DNA from: an uncultured Ignavibacteria bacterium
Lineage (GTDB): Bacteria; Bacteroidota; Ignavibacteria; Ignavibacteriales; Ignavibacteriaceae
NCBI GenBank assembly: GCA_963774455.1
Contig: CAVZFD010000005.1
Location: 865,055-929,054, forward strand
Length of the DNA stretch: 64,000 nt
Direction: 5' to 3'
Part shown: piece by piece, positions 37,647 to 46,872 of the stretch
Numbering within the stretch: the stretch's first letter is position 1
How the letters are laid out: every line of letters begins with the position of its first letter
Program-made: the position numbers and the translations under genes
Notes under the pieces: generated by a model
The model's database searches: none
The model's input: the letters and a program-made list of their open reading frames with translations, nothing else
Told to the model about the DNA's origin: nothing

Positions 37647-38768
37647 ATGTCAGGACAATTAGGCATTATCGGTTACGATTATCTTGAATTTTATGTTGGT
37701 TCCGCCAAAATGTGGGCCTACTGGCATGCAAAAGCAATGGGATTTCAGTTAAAAGGTTACATGGGTCCGGAAACAGGTGTAAAGGACCGTGTATCTTATT
37801 ACATGGTTAAAAACAAACTTCAGTTCGTGCTTACATCTTTTGTCAAACCAACCAATTTTGATGTAGCCAATTTTATTCATCAGCATGGTGACGGCGTTAA
37901 ACGCTGGTCGCTGAAGGTAAAAGACGTTAAGAAAGCATTTGATACAGCTGTTGAGAACGGGGGAATTCCTGTGAGGCCACCAAAGAAAATGAGCGATGAT
38001 AACGGGTATGTTGAGGAAGCTGCGATAAAACTTTATGACGATGCAGAAATAGTCTTTATCAACAGGGATAATTACAAAGGCATCTTCAAACCGGGTTACG
38101 CAGAACCAAGGCTGAAAATTGAAGTGGAAGCTAAGGAGACAGGGCTGCTGGAGGTAGATCATATTGTAGGAAATGTGAGAACGAACGAAATGAACCTCTG
38201 GGAAAATTACATGAATAAGACTCTGAACTTTGAGACTTTCATAGAATTCGGAGCAGGCGACATTTCCACACAGTATTCGGCACTTCTATCCAAAGTTGTA
38301 AGATCTAAGGACGGAGCTCCTGTAAAGAACCCGTTAAACGAACCTTTTGAAGGTTTGAAAAAATCACAGATTGAAGAATATATAGACGAGTATGTAGGCT
38401 CGGGGATTCAACATATAGCAGTATCTACAGATAATATTCTCACAACCATTGATAATATGCGGAAGAACGGTGTGGAGTTTTTAACTGTACCCGAAAGCTA
38501 CTACGATATTCTTAAAGAGAAAAAGTTGAGCTATATCGAGGAAGATATTGAAGATCTGCGGAAATACGGAATACTATGCGATACCGAAGGCAAAGGATAC
38601 CTGCTCCAGCTGTTTACGAAACCGATAGGCGACAGGCCTACCTTCTTCTACGAAATTATACAGAGAAAGCAGGGTGCGGAAGGATTCGGCCAGGGCAATT
38701 TCCAGGCCTTGTTTGAATCTATTGAAAGAGATCAGCAGGCAAGAGGAAACTTTGACAGGGAAGTGTAA
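37647..38768 (+). CDS. hppD: 4-hydroxyphenylpyruvate dioxygenase
   Basis: Two vicinal-oxygen-chelate modules, GIQHIAVSTDNI, LLQLFTKPIGDRPTFFYEIIQR, and GFGQGNFQALFESIE. Confidence 0.9.
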   Translation: MSGQLGIIGYDYLEFYVGSAKMWAYWHAKAMGFQLKGYMGPETGVKDRVSYYMVKNKLQFVLTSFVKPTNFDVANFIHQHGDGVKRWSLKVKDVKKAFDTAVENGGIPVRPPKKMSDDNGYVEEAAIKLYDDAEIVFINRDNYKGIFKPGYAEPRLKIEVEAKETGLLEVDHIVGNVRTNEMNLWENYMNKTLNFETFIEFGAGDISTQYSALLSKVVRSKDGAPVKNPLNEPFEGLKKSQIEEYIDEYVGSGIQHIAVSTDNILTTIDNMRKNGVEFLTVPESYYDILKEKKLSYIEEDIEDLRKYGILCDTEGKGYLLQLFTKPIGDRPTFFYEIIQRKQGAEGFGQGNFQALFESIERDQQARGNFDREV

Positions 38769-38816
38769 CTATTTTTAAATTAAAATATTTATCAGTAATT
38801 AAGACGGAGGTCAGAA

Positions 38817-39980
38817 GTGCCATACTATGTTAGAGTAGGAAAGGTTCCTCCTAAAAGGCATATAACCTTTTATAAACCCGATGGGAAGTCGCTTTACCGT
38901 GAAGAGCTCTTCAGTACCATGGGCTTTTCAGGGATATACTCAAATAAGTACCATCTGTACATGCCTCCCCAGGTTGAATCTATCCGGGAGATTGAGAAAA
39001 ATAGTACGAATGAATGGAACGATGCTCCTCTTCAGTATTATCATTTTTTTACCGATGCAAAAAAGACACAGGGAAATTTTCTTACTGCCAGGAACGTGTT
39101 CCTGAAGAATGAACACTGTACGATTTCAACTGCGCATGTTTCTGAGGATACAGGCATCTTTTACAGGAACAGCTACAAACATGAACTCCTTTTTGTCCAT
39201 TACGGGGAAGGTGAATTCCTCTCTGAATACGGGAAGATAGCTTTTGAACAGTGGGATTATATTGTTGTTCCGAAGGGAACTACATACCAGATGAACTTCA
39301 AAAACTTTGATAATGTGAAGCTGTTTGTGGTTGAATCGGATACCCCGTTTGACATCCCGGCTCATTTCAGGAATGAATACGGACAGCTGAAGGAAGATGC
39401 CCCGTATTATGAACGGGATTTCAGAGCCCCTGAATTTATGGAGCCTGTTGATAAGCAGGGTAAGTTTCCATTAATACTAAAGGTATCGGACAGGACATTT
39501 GAATACCATCTTCCACATCATCCTTTCGATGTTGTCGGCTGGGACGGCTACCTGTACCCTTATGCATTTAATATTAAGGAATATGCACCGAAAGTAGGGA
39601 AGATACATTTGCCTCCTCCGATACACCTGATGTTCACAACTCAGCATTTTGTTGTCTGTAACTTTGTGCCGCGGCTGTTTGATTTTCACCCACAGTCAAT
39701 CCCGGCTCCATATTATCATTCAAATGTGGACAGCGATGAAGTTCTGTATTATGTTTACGGCGACTTTATGTCGCGCACAGGCGTTAAAGAGGGTTCGATC
39801 ACGCTTCATCCCATGGGTATACCCCATGGTCCGCAGCCCGGAAAAACCGAAGCTTCGATCGGCAAAAAAGAAACTGATGAATATGCCATTATGATTGATA
39901 CCTTTACGCCTCTAAAAGTCACTAGAAACGTAAAGGAAACGATGGTAGAGGATTATCATCATTCCTGGTTGGAAAAATAA
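38817..39980 (+). CDS. hmgA: homogentisate 1,2-dioxygenase (short bacterial form)
   Basis: GTG start 6 nt after GGAGG. Cupin-type core with a C-terminal HSNVDSDEVLYY...HPMGIPHGPQPG. Located between hppD and the other pathway genes. Confidence 0.82.
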   Translation: MPYYVRVGKVPPKRHITFYKPDGKSLYREELFSTMGFSGIYSNKYHLYMPPQVESIREIEKNSTNEWNDAPLQYYHFFTDAKKTQGNFLTARNVFLKNEHCTISTAHVSEDTGIFYRNSYKHELLFVHYGEGEFLSEYGKIAFEQWDYIVVPKGTTYQMNFKNFDNVKLFVVESDTPFDIPAHFRNEYGQLKEDAPYYERDFRAPEFMEPVDKQGKFPLILKVSDRTFEYHLPHHPFDVVGWDGYLYPYAFNIKEYAPKVGKIHLPPPIHLMFTTQHFVVCNFVPRLFDFHPQSIPAPYYHSNVDSDEVLYYVYGDFMSRTGVKEGSITLHPMGIPHGPQPGKTEASIGKKETDEYAIMIDTFTPLKVTRNVKETMVEDYHHSWLEK

Positions 39981-40091
39981 ATTGTTAAATTTGGTTAAAT
40001 GGTTAAACTGTTTAATGGTTTTAGTGAATATAGATTCGGGGGTATAAGGTATCATAACAAATAACAAGATTATAAAAATTGTTCAAGTAAG

Positions 40092-41222
40092 ATGATTAAA
40101 ATTCCGGAACATATTCAAAAACTTCAGCCGTATAAAGCCGGCAAACCAATTGAAGAACTGGCAAGGGAGAAGGGGATCCAAAAGATAGTTAAACTTGCCT
40201 CAAACGAAAATCCCCTGGGACCCTCACCCAAAGCTGTTGAGGAGATGATAAAACATATAAATGAAATTCACCGTTATACCAATCCGTCAGCGTATAAACT
40301 GGTAAATGCCATCGCTGAAAAATACAATAAACGTCCCGGCCAGATTGTAACGGGCAGCGGATCGGATTCCCTGCTGCAGTATCTTATAACGGCGTTCAGC
40401 GACGATGATGATGAATTGTTAACTTCCGCAGGTACATTTATCGGCTGGTATGTTAATGCAAATAAGTATGGAAGGAAATCGAAACTTGTATCGCTGAAAA
40501 ACTATCATATAGATCTTGATAGAATTGCAGGCGAAATAAATAGTAAAACAAAGATAATATACCTTGCAAATCCCAATAACCCTACGGGGACGATGTTTAC
40601 ACGCAGGGAATTTGAGAACTTTATGAAAAAAGTTCCTGAATCTATCCTAGTTGTACTGGATGAAGCATACACAGTTTATGCTGAGTCAAATCCTGAGTAT
40701 CCCAATGGCCTGTCATACGATCTGGATAACCTGCTGGTACTAAGAACTCTGTCCAAGGCATACGGACTTGCAGGTATAAGGATAGGCTTTGCATTCGGAA
40801 AGGAATATCTTATCAAAGAGATGTATAAAGTTAAACTTCCTTTTGAACCGAATGAACTTGCTCAGGACGCAGCGATAGCAGCCATAAAGGATGATGCTTT
40901 TCTCAGGGCAACTGTTGAATTAAATACCGAATCCCTTCAGATGATGAAGAAGAAGTTTGACGAGATCGGAATAGAGTATGTGCCAACATCGGGTAATTTC
41001 TTCCTTATTCTTTTTCCGGATGAAGAATTCACTGCAGATTTTAATAATGAGTGCCTGAACAGGGGGTTAATCCTCAGGCATGTAAATACATTCGGAATTC
41101 CGAATGGAATAAGAATTAACTCGGGAACCATTGAAGAAACGGGGTTTGCCCTGGAAGTACTGGAAGAAGTTTTCCACCAGATGGAAGCAAAGTACGGACA
41201 CCGGGCCGTGAACAAGGCCTAA
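40092..41222 (+). CDS. class II pyridoxal-phosphate aminotransferase (HisC family; probably aromatic/tyrosine aminotransferase here)
   Basis: LASNENPLGPSP and the PLP-lysine motif LRTLSKAYGLAGIRIGF. The aromatic role is inferred from the location inside the homogentisate cluster. Confidence 0.8.
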   Translation: MIKIPEHIQKLQPYKAGKPIEELAREKGIQKIVKLASNENPLGPSPKAVEEMIKHINEIHRYTNPSAYKLVNAIAEKYNKRPGQIVTGSGSDSLLQYLITAFSDDDDELLTSAGTFIGWYVNANKYGRKSKLVSLKNYHIDLDRIAGEINSKTKIIYLANPNNPTGTMFTRREFENFMKKVPESILVVLDEAYTVYAESNPEYPNGLSYDLDNLLVLRTLSKAYGLAGIRIGFAFGKEYLIKEMYKVKLPFEPNELAQDAAIAAIKDDAFLRATVELNTESLQMMKKKFDEIGIEYVPTSGNFFLILFPDEEFTADFNNECLNRGLILRHVNTFGIPNGIRINSGTIEETGFALEVLEEVFHQMEAKYGHRAVNKA

Positions 41223-41263
41223 TAAATCTGTCATATTAACTAGAGGAGTTAGAAGGTTATTCT

Positions 41264-42280
41264 ATGAAATTTGTCAGCTTTCTGCATAATAATAATGAAC
41301 GACTAGGATTATTCAACGACAATAAAGTTTATGATCTTAAGAAATCAGCAGTCAAAATTAACATCAACCTGCCTGATAATATGCTTGAATTTCTCTGGGG
41401 GGGTGCAAAGAATATGGAACTCGCCCGGAAAGTCAGCGAGTCAGTTAACAGCGGGAATATTGAAGAATACCTGGATGCAAAAGTGACTAATTTCCTTGCT
41501 CCTGTTCCTCATCCTACTTCATGTCGTGATGCATATGCGTTCCGCCAGCACGTAGCAACTGCAAGAAGAAACAGGGGAGTAGAAATGATATCTGAATTTG
41601 ATCAGTTCCCTGTATTCTACTTTACCAACCATAATTCAATTGTTGGAGAAGGAATTGTACAGGTTGAGAAAGACCACCTGGAAAAGCTCGATTTCGAGCT
41701 GGAGGCTGCTATAGTGCTCAACAGGCAGGGAACAAATATCGACGTTAAGGATGCCGATTCCTATATAGCAGGGTATATGGTTATGAATGATCTCTCAGCC
41801 CGAAGACTTCAGATGGAGGAAATGAAGCTTAACCTGGGTCCTATGAAGGGAAAAGATTTTGCCACGGCAATAGGCCCCTGGCTGGTGACCCCTGATGAAC
41901 TGTACTCATATCAGAGCTCTACTCTGCAGGGACAAAAATTTGACCTTAAGATGAAGGCCTTCCATAACGGGAAACAGGTTTCTGAAGGATCAATGAGAGA
42001 TATGGACTGGACGTTCGCCGAGATTATTGAGAGAGCATCGTACGGTGTAACCTTATATCCAGGGGATGTAATCGGATCAGGAACTGTCGGTACCGGCTGT
42101 TATCTTGAATTGAACGGCACATGGGCTCTTGAGGCAAAAGAGAAAGGTGAAGAATTTACCCCGGTCTGGTTAAAAGAGGGAGACACCATTACTTGTGAAA
42201 TCGAGGGACTAGGAAGACTGGAAAATAAAATCGCTAAGAAATCAGATTATTCCATCCTGGCAAAAAAGAAAAAAGTATAA
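41264..42280 (+). CDS. fumarylacetoacetate hydrolase family protein
   Basis: FAH-fold motifs DFELEAAIV, MNDLSARRLQ, KGKDF and GDVIGSGT. 338 aa. Confidence 0.8.
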   Translation: MKFVSFLHNNNERLGLFNDNKVYDLKKSAVKININLPDNMLEFLWGGAKNMELARKVSESVNSGNIEEYLDAKVTNFLAPVPHPTSCRDAYAFRQHVATARRNRGVEMISEFDQFPVFYFTNHNSIVGEGIVQVEKDHLEKLDFELEAAIVLNRQGTNIDVKDADSYIAGYMVMNDLSARRLQMEEMKLNLGPMKGKDFATAIGPWLVTPDELYSYQSSTLQGQKFDLKMKAFHNGKQVSEGSMRDMDWTFAEIIERASYGVTLYPGDVIGSGTVGTGCYLELNGTWALEAKEKGEEFTPVWLKEGDTITCEIEGLGRLENKIAKKSDYSILAKKKKV

Positions 42281-43257
42281 TGTTCCATATTGAACCTAAA
42301 GACGTTACTGTTCCTGAAGTACACAGGCTGCTGCTGGGTGGTATAGGACCGAGACCCATAGCACTTGTTTCCACTCTCTCAAAAGACGGAGTTCCAAATC
42401 TTACACCATTCTCTTTCTTCAATGTTTTCGGTGCAAATCCCCCGATAATAGCCTTCTCCCCCTCGCGCAGAGGAAGGGATGCTACGCTTAAAGACACATA
42501 TTACAACCTGATGGATAGTGGTGAATGCGTGGTTCAATCGGTAACCTATCCTATGGTAGAACAGATTAGCCTGGCATCTACTGAATATGATCCCAAAATA
42601 AATGAATTTGAAAAGAGCGGACTTACTCCCGTTGATTCCGACCTGGTCAAGCCGAAGCGTGTAAAGGAATCTCCATTCCAGATGGAGTGCAGGCTCAGGG
42701 AAATGAGAAGTTTCGGAGAGGGAGGAGCCTCAGCAAATATGGCTATATGTGAGGTAATAAAATTTCACGTTGCAGAAGATATATTCAGGGATGGATTTAT
42801 TCACCCTGATCTTATTGACCTTGCTGCGAGGATGTCAGCAAATTTTTACTGCCGCGCGAGTGGTAATTCGATATTTGAGGTTGAGAAGCCGACTCTTAAA
42901 TTAGGGATAGGTTATGATCAGCTGCCTGATTTCATAAAAAATTCTGATATATATTCAGGCAACAACCTTGGGAAATTCGGACTTATAGAACAAATCCCCA
43001 CCGAAAAAGAAGTCGATGAATTTATCAAACAAGTCGAACAAAAAGAAATTCAATCCTTTGAGCCAACCCTCGAAGCTTTTTACAGGTATCAGCGGCACAA
43101 CGATATTGAGAAGATGCTGAAGGCATCCATTGAGCTGAAGAAATCAGGATATCAAAAGTTTAAGATGCTGTTTGAACTTACGGCTAAGTGTGCGCTTGAA
43201 TTAAATGATATTCGATTTGCATGGAAAACATCTCTCTACGCCGGAAGAAAAGTATAA
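42280..43257 (+). CDS. flavin reductase-like (FMN-binding split-barrel) protein with a C-terminal extension of about 120 aa
   Basis: GPRPIALVSTLSKDGVPNLTPFSFFN is typical of the flavin reductase-like domain. The C-terminal third (TLKLGIGYDQ...YAGRKV) is unassigned. Confidence 0.75.
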   Translation: MFHIEPKDVTVPEVHRLLLGGIGPRPIALVSTLSKDGVPNLTPFSFFNVFGANPPIIAFSPSRRGRDATLKDTYYNLMDSGECVVQSVTYPMVEQISLASTEYDPKINEFEKSGLTPVDSDLVKPKRVKESPFQMECRLREMRSFGEGGASANMAICEVIKFHVAEDIFRDGFIHPDLIDLAARMSANFYCRASGNSIFEVEKPTLKLGIGYDQLPDFIKNSDIYSGNNLGKFGLIEQIPTEKEVDEFIKQVEQKEIQSFEPTLEAFYRYQRHNDIEKMLKASIELKKSGYQKFKMLFELTAKCALELNDIRFAWKTSLYAGRKV

Positions 43258-43272
43258 TAACCGGAGAATATA

Positions 43273-45243
43273 TTGGAAGGACCTCTATGGATACCGTCTG
43301 AAGAAAGAGTTTCACGATCAAATCTGACCTCCTTTACACGTTACGTTGAAGCACTCCTTAACAAAAAGATATCCTCCTATAAGGAACTGTATGACTGGTC
43401 GGTCTCCGACCTCGATGAATTCTGGAAGTCCATATGGATTATTTCGGGAATAATTCATTCCAAACCTTATAAGTCCGTTTTATCCGGTAAAGGCATGTTT
43501 GGTGCAAAATGGTTTGAGGGAGCAGAACTAAACTTTGCAGAAAACATGCTTCGTTACAGGGATGAACATACAGCCATTATCAGTGCGAGAGAAAATTCTC
43601 CCACTTTCAGAATGACCTATGCCGAACTTTATAAAGCTGTGGCGTCCGTAGCCGCTTCACTGAAGGAAATGGGAGTGAAAAAGGGTGACAGGGTTGCCGG
43701 ATTCGTTAACAATATACCTGAATCTGTCATAGCAATGCTTGCATCAGCGAGTCTGGGAGCAATGTGGTCATCGTGCTCCCCTGATTTTGGACATAAAGGT
43801 GTACTTGACAGGTTTGGTCAGATCCAGCCCAAAATTCTTTTTGCCATAGAAAGCTATTTTTATAATGGTAAGCTGATCCCATGCAGTGATAAAATAGAAG
43901 CAATACGCAAGAACATACCTTCTATTGAAAAGGTAGTGCTCATTAAAAGATTCAATGATTTTAAGGGAAATATATCTTCAGATAAATTACCCGGTGAAGT
44001 TTTCAACTCTTTCTATTTTAATGATTTATTATCAAATACTTCAGACAAAATAGAATTTGAACAAGTTCCATTTGATCACCCGGTATACATTATGTATTCT
44101 TCAGGAACTACAGGAATTCCTAAATGTATTGTACATGGGGGCGGAGGGACTTTGCTCCAGCATTTCAAGGAATTATCATTGCATACCGACCTGAAGAGGG
44201 AGGATGTTATTATATTTTATACAACCTGCGGATGGATGATGTGGAACTGGCTGGTGAGTTCATTGAATATGGGAGCAGGGGTATATTTATATGACGGTAG
44301 TCCTGTTGCTCCCGATATTAATGTCTTATGGAAAAAGATTGAGGAAGACCGGATATCAATTTTCGGTACAAGTCCCAAGTACCTTACCATGATCCAGAAA
44401 TCAGGACTAATACCAAAAGATAAATTTGATTTATCATCACTAAAAGCTGTTCTTTCAACAGGGTCGCCATTATCTGTGGAAAATTTTAACTGGGTATATG
44501 ATAATGTAAAAAGCGACCTGCAATTATCTTCTATTTCTGGTGGAACAGATATTATATCATGTTTTATGCTTGGAAATCCCAACCTTGCAGTATATGCCGG
44601 CGAGATACAATGTAAAGGTCTGGGAATGAAAGTGGAAGCTTTTAAGGATAGGGGAGAATCTGTAATAGAAGAGAAAGGCGAACTTGTTTGCACGAAACCA
44701 TTTCCTTCAATGCCGGTTTATTTCTGGAATGATCCTGATGGAATCAAGTACAAGTCAGCCTATTTTAATCACTACCCAGACGTATGGAGACATGGAGATT
44801 ATATTAAGATTACCGACAACGGAGGCATTGTCGTTTACGGCAGATCAGATGCTACGCTTAATCCTGGGGGAGTAAGGATAGGTACTGCTGAAATATACAG
44901 GATTGTGGAAGCTTTAGAGGAAGTTACCGACAGCCTTGTTATTGGTCAGAACTGGAAGAATGATGTCAGGATAATACTCTTTGTGGTCCTTAAGAAAGGT
45001 ACTGTGTTAAATGATAAACTTATCGAAAAAATAAAGAGTACAATCAGAAAGAGTGCGACACCCCGTCACGTGCCTGCTAAGGTAATACAAGTGATGGATG
45101 TTCCGAGAACGATCAGCGGAAAGAAAGTCGAACTTGCCGTCACACGAATCATTCACAAAGAAAATGTAGATAACCGTGATGCCTTGGTTAATCCCGATTC
45201 ATTGGAACAATTTAAAAAATTCGCAGCGTCATTATTGGAATAG
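43273..45243 (+). CDS. acetoacetate-CoA ligase (acetoacetyl-CoA synthetase)
   Basis: TTG start after GGAG. AMP-binding motif YSSGTTGIPKCIVHGGGG, GRSDATLNPGGVRIGTAEIY, and a C-terminal TISGKKVE. Confidence 0.88.
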   Translation: MEGPLWIPSEERVSRSNLTSFTRYVEALLNKKISSYKELYDWSVSDLDEFWKSIWIISGIIHSKPYKSVLSGKGMFGAKWFEGAELNFAENMLRYRDEHTAIISARENSPTFRMTYAELYKAVASVAASLKEMGVKKGDRVAGFVNNIPESVIAMLASASLGAMWSSCSPDFGHKGVLDRFGQIQPKILFAIESYFYNGKLIPCSDKIEAIRKNIPSIEKVVLIKRFNDFKGNISSDKLPGEVFNSFYFNDLLSNTSDKIEFEQVPFDHPVYIMYSSGTTGIPKCIVHGGGGTLLQHFKELSLHTDLKREDVIIFYTTCGWMMWNWLVSSLNMGAGVYLYDGSPVAPDINVLWKKIEEDRISIFGTSPKYLTMIQKSGLIPKDKFDLSSLKAVLSTGSPLSVENFNWVYDNVKSDLQLSSISGGTDIISCFMLGNPNLAVYAGEIQCKGLGMKVEAFKDRGESVIEEKGELVCTKPFPSMPVYFWNDPDGIKYKSAYFNHYPDVWRHGDYIKITDNGGIVVYGRSDATLNPGGVRIGTAEIYRIVEALEEVTDSLVIGQNWKNDVRIILFVVLKKGTVLNDKLIEKIKSTIRKSATPRHVPAKVIQVMDVPRTISGKKVELAVTRIIHKENVDNRDALVNPDSLEQFKKFAASLLE

Positions 45244-45244
45244 A

Positions 45245-46048
45245 TCAGATATACAAGGCACTGCCGAAATCCCTTCTGTGTTTTATAGTAACCTCGTTTT
45301 CTTCACCAAGGTACTTGAAGATAGCAATGCAGGCCTTCCTTGCACCGTCGTCATCCAGACTCCGGTCGATTTTTATCACCTCAATGAATTTCTCCAGTGC
45401 AGCATCAAAATTCTTACTTTTCAATTCTTCAATTGCCGACTTATATTCTTCAGCAGCATCGCTGCCGTTTATACCGTTCAACGAGAACAAATGTGAAATA
45501 GTTTTTATAGAATCAATAAGCTCAGAATTTTCTAAATCATTTTCTGATTCTGCTGCAAGTTTTTCAGCGGTCTTATAATCATTGAATAGTATCGACCTCG
45601 CCAGCAATACTTTTACAGACGTATTATCCGGTTCCTTTTCTGCAAGTTTTTTCAGTAGTGAAGTTGCTTTCTCATCTTCGCCCTTATTAATCAGCTCTCT
45701 GGCTTCCTCAATTTCACCCGCACTTTTAGCCGGGATAGCTTTACTAATCCACTGCTCAACAGCCTGCTCAGGCAGAGCACCTGTAAATTCATCCGCAACT
45801 TCGCCATTGATAAATAATTTAACGTTAGGTATACCTCTTATTCCATATGCTGCCGCAATTTCCTGGTTCTCATCTGTATTAACTTTTACCAGGTCAAACC
45901 TGTCCTTATACTTAATTGCGAGCTTTTCAAGCACAGGACCAAGAACCCGGCAGGGACCGCACCACTCAGCCCAGAAATCAACAAGTACAGGAATAACTTT
46001 ACTTCGTTCAAGAATATCTTTGTTAAAATCTTTCATTTCATAATTCAT
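45245..46048 (-). CDS. thioredoxin-domain / TPR-domain protein of the YbbN (CnoX) type
   Basis: N-terminal thioredoxin fold with an intact WCGPC active site (DFWAEWCGPCRVLGP). The helical TPR-like C-terminal half resembles YbbN/CnoX. Confidence 0.85.
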   Translation of the reverse strand: MNYEMKDFNKDILERSKVIPVLVDFWAEWCGPCRVLGPVLEKLAIKYKDRFDLVKVNTDENQEIAAAYGIRGIPNVKLFINGEVADEFTGALPEQAVEQWISKAIPAKSAGEIEEARELINKGEDEKATSLLKKLAEKEPDNTSVKVLLARSILFNDYKTAEKLAAESENDLENSELIDSIKTISHLFSLNGINGSDAAEEYKSAIEELKSKNFDAALEKFIEVIKIDRSLDDDGARKACIAIFKYLGEENEVTIKHRRDFGSALYI

Positions 46049-46188
46049 CAGTAAACTCCGGTATTTTAGAAAATTATATAGTATTTAAAATAAAAATGAG
46101 TCTGCTTAAAAGAAATCATGATTTTCAAAAATCATATATCTCATGAAGCGGACTCACAGGAAACGATACATCAGATAATATTATTGTA

Positions 46189-46461
46189 TCAGTCCTCAAT
46201 TACAGCAAGGATATCTGCCCGCTGGATCAGTTTTAATTCTTTGCCGTTCATTTCAACTTCATCGCCGCCGTATTTAGTGAATAACACTTTATTACCTTCT
46301 TTAATCTTCTCCCTGAGATCTTCATCAGTCCCGACAGCAATGACTATACCCATCCTGGGTTTTTCCTTAGCTGTATCCGGTATAATAAGGCCGGAAGCAG
46401 TTTTTTCTTCAGCCTGGAGAGGCTCAAGCAATATGCGGTCATCAATTGGTTTTATCGTCAT
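46189..46461 (-). CDS. groES: co-chaperonin GroES (no groEL downstream)
   Basis: MTIKPIDDRILLEPLQAEEKTASGLIIPDTAKEKP (mobile-loop region) followed by GIVIAVG...VLFTKYGG.E. 90 aa. Confidence 0.9.
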   Translation of the reverse strand: MTIKPIDDRILLEPLQAEEKTASGLIIPDTAKEKPRMGIVIAVGTDEDLREKIKEGNKVLFTKYGGDEVEMNGKELKLIQRADILAVIED

Positions 46462-46468
46462 TTTTTCC

Positions 46469-46717
46469 TCAGTTTTTTAAATTTAACATCTGCATTATAC
46501 GTGGTTTATCAAACCCCACGATGGGTTTATTGTTAATTAAAATTACAGGGACTCCCATCTGTCCCGTTTTTCTCTGCATATCCCTTGCTGCGTTTTGATC
46601 CCTGGAAACATCTACATCGGTGAAGCGGATATTTTTTTCCCTGAAATAACGTTTCGCAGCGTTGCAGAAACTGCAGGTTGGGGTTGAGAATATTACTACT
46701 TTTGGTTGTGATGTCAT
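46469..46717 (-). CDS. small glutaredoxin-like protein (YruB-type)
   Basis: 82 aa. VVIFSTPTCSFCNAAKRYF (CxxC motif) and the cis-Pro context GVPVILIN. It ends 7 nt before the groES start. Confidence 0.8.
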   Translation of the reverse strand: MTSQPKVVIFSTPTCSFCNAAKRYFREKNIRFTDVDVSRDQNAARDMQRKTGQMGVPVILINNKPIVGFDKPRIMQMLNLKN

Positions 46718-46802
46718 TTTACAATAAATTTTTATTATTACTGGAAATATGATTCACAGGATTCAGGTTGGATTCAGAACCAGGGAATTTTTCCGGAAAG
46801 AT

Positions 46803-46843
46803 AAAAAACCCGGCAGTGATGGAAATTAATTCCCTATGCCGGG
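46803..46843 (-). terminator. intrinsic terminator after the YeeE-rhodanese gene
   Basis: On the minus strand, a CCCGGCA / TGCCGGG stem with inner GGAA/TTCC pairing, followed by TTTTTT. Confidence 0.6.
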
Positions 46844-46872
46844 TCTAAACGTGAAAAAGTGAAAATCAAAAT

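Noticed and set aside
39984-40020. GTTAAA repeated three times (39984, 39994, 40002), plus an inverted TTTAAT, downstream of hmgA. This could be an operator for a tyrosine-catabolism regulator.
   Set aside because: The motif is short, AT-rich and irregularly spaced (10 and 8 bp), so it is easily explained by chance in AT-rich intergenic DNA. No regulator gene is in the cluster.
45241-45247. The convergent acetoacetate-CoA ligase and thioredoxin-TPR genes have stop codons 1 nt apart and no terminator hairpin between them.
   Set aside because: This is real in the sequence, but compact convergent gene ends are common. Without transcript data there is nothing to interpret beyond possible 3' antisense overlap.
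45582-46043. Long antisense ORFs from the track. Examples: 45582-46043 (+), 45315-45578 (+), 44217-44693 (-), 37749-38162 (-), 7289-7735 (-), 8110-8454 (-), 53118-53456 (-), 58139-58477 (-), 59090-59497 (-), 59338-59631 (-).
   Set aside because: Each lies entirely inside a well-supported gene on the opposite strand. Each has low-complexity or Ser/Leu/Ile-rich shadow-frame composition and no recognisable motif, ribosome-binding site or signal. I treat them as shadow ORFs.
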